In this document: in pieces, positions 60,885 through 64,000 of the stretch
Numbering within the stretch: position 1 is the stretch's first letter
Layout: each line of letters opens with the position of its first letter
Assembly (NCBI GenBank): GCA_965153355.1
Contig: OZ231126.1
Location: 45,446,001 to 45,510,000 of the forward strand
Length of the DNA stretch: 64,000 nucleotides
Source: Flaccisagitta enflata
Taxonomy: Eukaryota
Direction: 5' to 3'
Program-made: the position numbers and the translations under genes
The notes under the pieces: model-generated
Databases searched by the model: none
What the model was told of the DNA's origin: nothing
What the model saw: only the letters and a program-made list of their open reading frames with translations

Positions 60885-63029
60885 ATGTCGGGGCTAGAAA
60901 TGGATGTGGATGCTGGTGCTGGGGCACTTGGTGGTGGTGAGGAGTGTAGTTGTGAAGGTGCTTGCGCCTGCGAAAGAGGAGCAGATGGGGATGCGGCGGC
61001 TGATGGGGAAGAGTCGAGTCGGGACGATGGTAGTAATGTGAGCAGCGCTGATGAGAGTAGTGATAGTGATAGTGATGAGTCGTTGGTTTTGGATGCGGAT
61101 GGTCGTCAAGTGGTGCCGAAGGGTATGGCAGCGGAGATTTTGGCGATAATTAGGGATGATGGGAGGCTGTTGGGTGGGCGCCGGGTTGACCCGGAGAATT
61201 TACCTTCGACGGGAGGCCCGGTGGTTCCCCCCTGGATGAACATTTGGACGGATATGCCTATGGAAATACGTGATTTGAGTGGGTTGCGTCAGGTGGCAGT
61301 GTCTTTGCACAAGGTCGTTCATCCGGAGTTTGAGAATATGTGTGCGATGCAGGTGGTTCGACACGGTTGCTTGCCGGACTTTTTTTTGGTGGTGGACGCG
61401 GCAAGGCCGGATGATTTGAGGAAGGTGGCGGCGGGGGCATTTCGAGGGGAGTCGGTGATTTGGTGGGCACCGAGGAACTCGGATGGGGTGCGGTATGCGG
61501 TCCAGTCGTTTATGAGTGACCCGGGAGAATGTGAGTTTTGGTTGTGGCACAACGAGGAGACGCACAGGGCCCCTCGTTGGTCTGTTTGGCCGAGCCGCTG
61601 CCCGGTGAAGCGGGTGTCGGCGTTCTTGGAATTGCCTCCGGTATTGGATTTTTTGAGGTCGGTGGATAAGGCGGTTAAGGCGTGCCCACCTGGTAGTGGC
61701 CCGGCGGTCCCTTGGATCATCCGGGAGCTGCTGGATGGGGCCAAAAGTTGGAAGGACTTGTGTAGGGGTCATAGAAATAGGAGGCCGGTCTATGTGCCGG
61801 AAGTGCTTTTCGGATCGATGGCGAAGAGGCCCGGCTTGAAGGAAGGAGTTGCGGCTTCTAACCAACTCATTTGTGATGCAATGCGCGGACTTTATTTTGA
61901 TGAGAAGGACATGGGGGCTGTGGAGGAGCAGCCGGTGGCGGACGCGGAAGTGGAAGGGCAGCCGGCGGCGGACGCAGGAGTGGTGGTGCCGGAGGTGGTG
62001 GTGCCGGTGGTGGATCCGGCGATGCCTCCGTTAGAGCCGGCGGTGCCGGTGGTGCCGGTGGCGGATGACGGTGGTGGGGGCGCGGTGGAGGAAGAGGATG
62101 GGGGGCAGGAGGCGGCGCGGCTACTGGAGGAGGAGAAGAAGCGGAAGAAGGCGGTGAGGCGGACGGCGCGGCGGAAGCGGTCGAAGTTGGCGGCGAAGGC
62201 GAAGTTGGAGGAGGTGCTGCGTGCGGAGCAAGAGCGGGTGCGCCTGGAGGATGAGCAGCAGCGCCAGGCAGAGGAGCAGAGGCTGCGGGAGGAGGAGCAG
62301 CGGCGCTTGGCGGAGCAGCAACGTCTGGACGGGGAGCGTCGTCGCCGGGAGGAGGAGGCTGCGAAGGAGGTGGCGCGATTGGAGCGCTCTCTACGAGAGG
62401 CCCGGAATCAGCAGGTGCAGATTCGGCAGGGAGGCCATAGCCGGTCTTCTTCGCAGGGGTCTGGCCGGGTTGGTGGTCGGGTTGGCGGTGATGGTGGTGG
62501 TGGCTCTGGTGGCGGCGGCGGGGGTCATTACGGTGGTGGCGGTGGTGGTCATCATGGTGGTGGCGGTGGTGGTCATCATGGTGGTGGCGGTGGTGGTCAT
62601 CGTGGCGGTGGTGGTCATCGTGGTGGTGGAGGCGGCGGGTTTCAGCGTGGTGGTGGTTTCCATCGTGGAGGTGGAGGCGGTGGGTCCCAGCGTGGTGGTG
62701 GCGGTGGTGGTCGGCCTTGGGTGGAGAGGGGGCATTGTGGCTTCCGCGTGCCTGACCAACCATCGTCGTCGTCGGCGCGGCCGCCAGCCTCTCCATCGTT
62801 GAACTCGTCTTTCGCTTCTTCTTCTTCTTCTACCTTTTCCGAGCAAGAGATGCAGATTGCGTTGGCATTTGCTTCTGGTATGCGGCATGCGGGGGACCGG
62901 TCGCGCAGTGGTGAGCGGGTTGAGGAGCCGTTGGCGACCTCTTCCCCTGCTGCGTGGAGGCCTTCCCGTTCTTCTGATCGGGGTGGTGATGGTCGGCGCG
63001 GGGGCCCGCCGCCGTCTTTTCGGCGTTAG
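60885..63029 (+). CDS. Additional ORF3 (~714 aa from the first ATG): acidic N-terminus with Cys cluster, globular domain (possible inactive DEDDy/RNase D-like), basic NLS-like segment, coiled coil, RGG/Gly-His tail
   Basis: Uninterrupted 2.1-kb ORF inside the element between pol and the 3' LTR; no signal peptide or hydrophobic transmembrane segment is visible. Confidence 0.85.
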   Translation: MSGLEMDVDAGAGALGGGEECSCEGACACERGADGDAAADGEESSRDDGSNVSSADESSDSDSDESLVLDADGRQVVPKGMAAEILAIIRDDGRLLGGRRVDPENLPSTGGPVVPPWMNIWTDMPMEIRDLSGLRQVAVSLHKVVHPEFENMCAMQVVRHGCLPDFFLVVDAARPDDLRKVAAGAFRGESVIWWAPRNSDGVRYAVQSFMSDPGECEFWLWHNEETHRAPRWSVWPSRCPVKRVSAFLELPPVLDFLRSVDKAVKACPPGSGPAVPWIIRELLDGAKSWKDLCRGHRNRRPVYVPEVLFGSMAKRPGLKEGVAASNQLICDAMRGLYFDEKDMGAVEEQPVADAEVEGQPAADAGVVVPEVVVPVVDPAMPPLEPAVPVVPVADDGGGGAVEEEDGGQEAARLLEEEKKRKKAVRRTARRKRSKLAAKAKLEEVLRAEQERVRLEDEQQRQAEEQRLREEEQRRLAEQQRLDGERRRREEEAAKEVARLERSLREARNQQVQIRQGGHSRSSSQGSGRVGGRVGGDGGGGSGGGGGGHYGGGGGGHHGGGGGGHHGGGGGGHRGGGGHRGGGGGGFQRGGGFHRGGGGGGSQRGGGGGGRPWVERGHCGFRVPDQPSSSSARPPASPSLNSSFASSSSSTFSEQEMQIALAFASGMRHAGDRSRSGERVEEPLATSSPAAWRPSRSSDRGGDGRRGGPPPSFRR

Positions 63030-63147
63030 CGGGCTGTTCCCGCTGTCCGTCCGTCCATCCGTTTTTTCCGTCGATTACAGGTGGGAGTTGTTGTTTTTTC
63101 TTGAGGTGGGACAATGTACTGAGTTTGATTGGTTTGAAGTGGGCTTC

Positions 63148-63159
63148 AAACGGGCGGAC
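63148..63159 (+). other. Polypurine-tract-like segment
   Basis: AAACGGGCGGAC immediately 5' of the 3' LTR. Confidence 0.55.
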
Positions 63160-63784
63160 TGTGGAATATCGCACTGAATTTTACTAGTTTTGTGATTATT
63201 TGTAGCTGCATATTTCTTTGATTCGCCCTGTTTTTTGCCCATTTTGTGGATTTATATTATTGCTGATTTTTCTTTCTTTAGATCAGTGATAATGTTATTC
63301 GCTCTTCATTCATGATCAATCTTGGGGTGCGTTTCCTTACCTGGTGAGTTGTGATTGGACTCGGTTGGTTGGTCAGTTGGTCGGCTTGGTTGGTTGGTCA
63401 GTTGGTCGGTTGGTGATGTTTAGTTATTTAGTTATTTAGTTATTGAGGATGTGAGTTATTGAGTTATTCAGATTGATAGGTTGATAGGTTAACCCTTTTC
63501 TTCTCTTTTCCCCTCTCCCTTTTCCTATCTATTTCAGCGTTTTTATACCCCTTTCAACCATAGAAGATATTTTGATGGCGACGACGAAAGACTCTATCCG
63601 CATGGAGGCGCAATGACTTTCTTTGGATTTCGTTGGAGTTGACGTTGTTGGCGTGGCGCGTGGCGTGGCTTCGAGAGGATTGGCGCGGTCGTGACGCAGC
63701 GACCGACGGACCGATTCATCGTCCTCGACGTCAGCGCATAGGTACTTTGACGGTTGGAGATAGTGTTCTACGCGGTTCTTTACA
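63160..63784 (+). repeat. 3' LTR
   Basis: Copy of 53017-53641; preceded by purine-rich AAACGGGCGGAC and followed by the TSD CACGG. Confidence 0.97.
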
Positions 63785-63829
63785 CACGGTGGCTAAAAAT
63801 TAAAAGTCACATCAGATCATCAGTTAAGA

Positions 63830-63877
<48 letters not shown>

Positions 63878-64000
63878 ACAATTCGTAATTAATGGGAAAT
63901 ACATTTACAAACAGACCATTGTCCAATTCTTTATCATTCCACCTCAAAATTGTGTGCTGAATGCCGGAAAACCGTCGCGAAAAATTTTTAGCTGTAATAT

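Larger units (their letters stand above)
53017..63784 (+). mobile_element. Full-length BEL/Pao LTR retrotransposon (10,768 bp) with an extra ORF3
   Basis: Two 625-bp direct repeats starting TGTGG and ending TTTACA; 5-bp TSD CACGG at 53012-53016 and 63785-63789; Gag with three zinc knuckles; Pol in PR-RT-RH-IN order with BEL/Pao-type motifs. Confidence 0.97.

Noticed and set aside
61200-62888. Long antisense ORFs over ORF3 (for example 309 aa and 221 aa)
   Set aside because: Low-complexity Pro/His/Ala shadows expected from G-rich coding sequence.
60885-63029. ORF3 as an env gene
   Set aside because: No signal peptide, no transmembrane anchor and no Cys-rich glycoprotein ectodomain.
63785-63800. 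Insertion-site sequence CACGGTGGCTAAAAA resembles the start of the 71-bp unit (CACCGTGGCTAAAAA)
   Set aside because: The match does not extend beyond ~15 nt, and one site cannot show target preference.

Overview
Repeat-rich eukaryotic DNA, probably from an invertebrate. Main contents: (1) A full-length BEL/Pao LTR retrotransposon at 53017-63784 (+), with 625-bp TG..CA LTRs and a CACGG target-site duplication. Its gag and pol are in the same frame, separated by one TGA in the readthrough context TGA-CTAG. It also carries an extra ~714-aa ORF between pol and the 3' LTR. That ORF is not Env-like and, by eye, resembles a catalytically dead RNase D/Rrp6-type (DEDDy) exonuclease domain followed by a coiled coil and an RGG/Gly tail. 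(2) A minus-strand cadherin gene reconstructed from six phase-compatible exons (31805 to 22979). It has a PCDH15/Cad99C-like N-terminus and 13 complete cadherin repeats, then stops inside a 14th with no transmembrane exon visible. (3) A dense background of microsatellites, Helentron/DINE-1-like non-autonomous elements carrying minisatellites, TA-flanked Tc1/mariner-type MITEs (one nested pair and one transposase remnant), a local duplication, and candidate exons of a second minus-strand gene. All family assignments come from reading motifs by eye; no database search was run.
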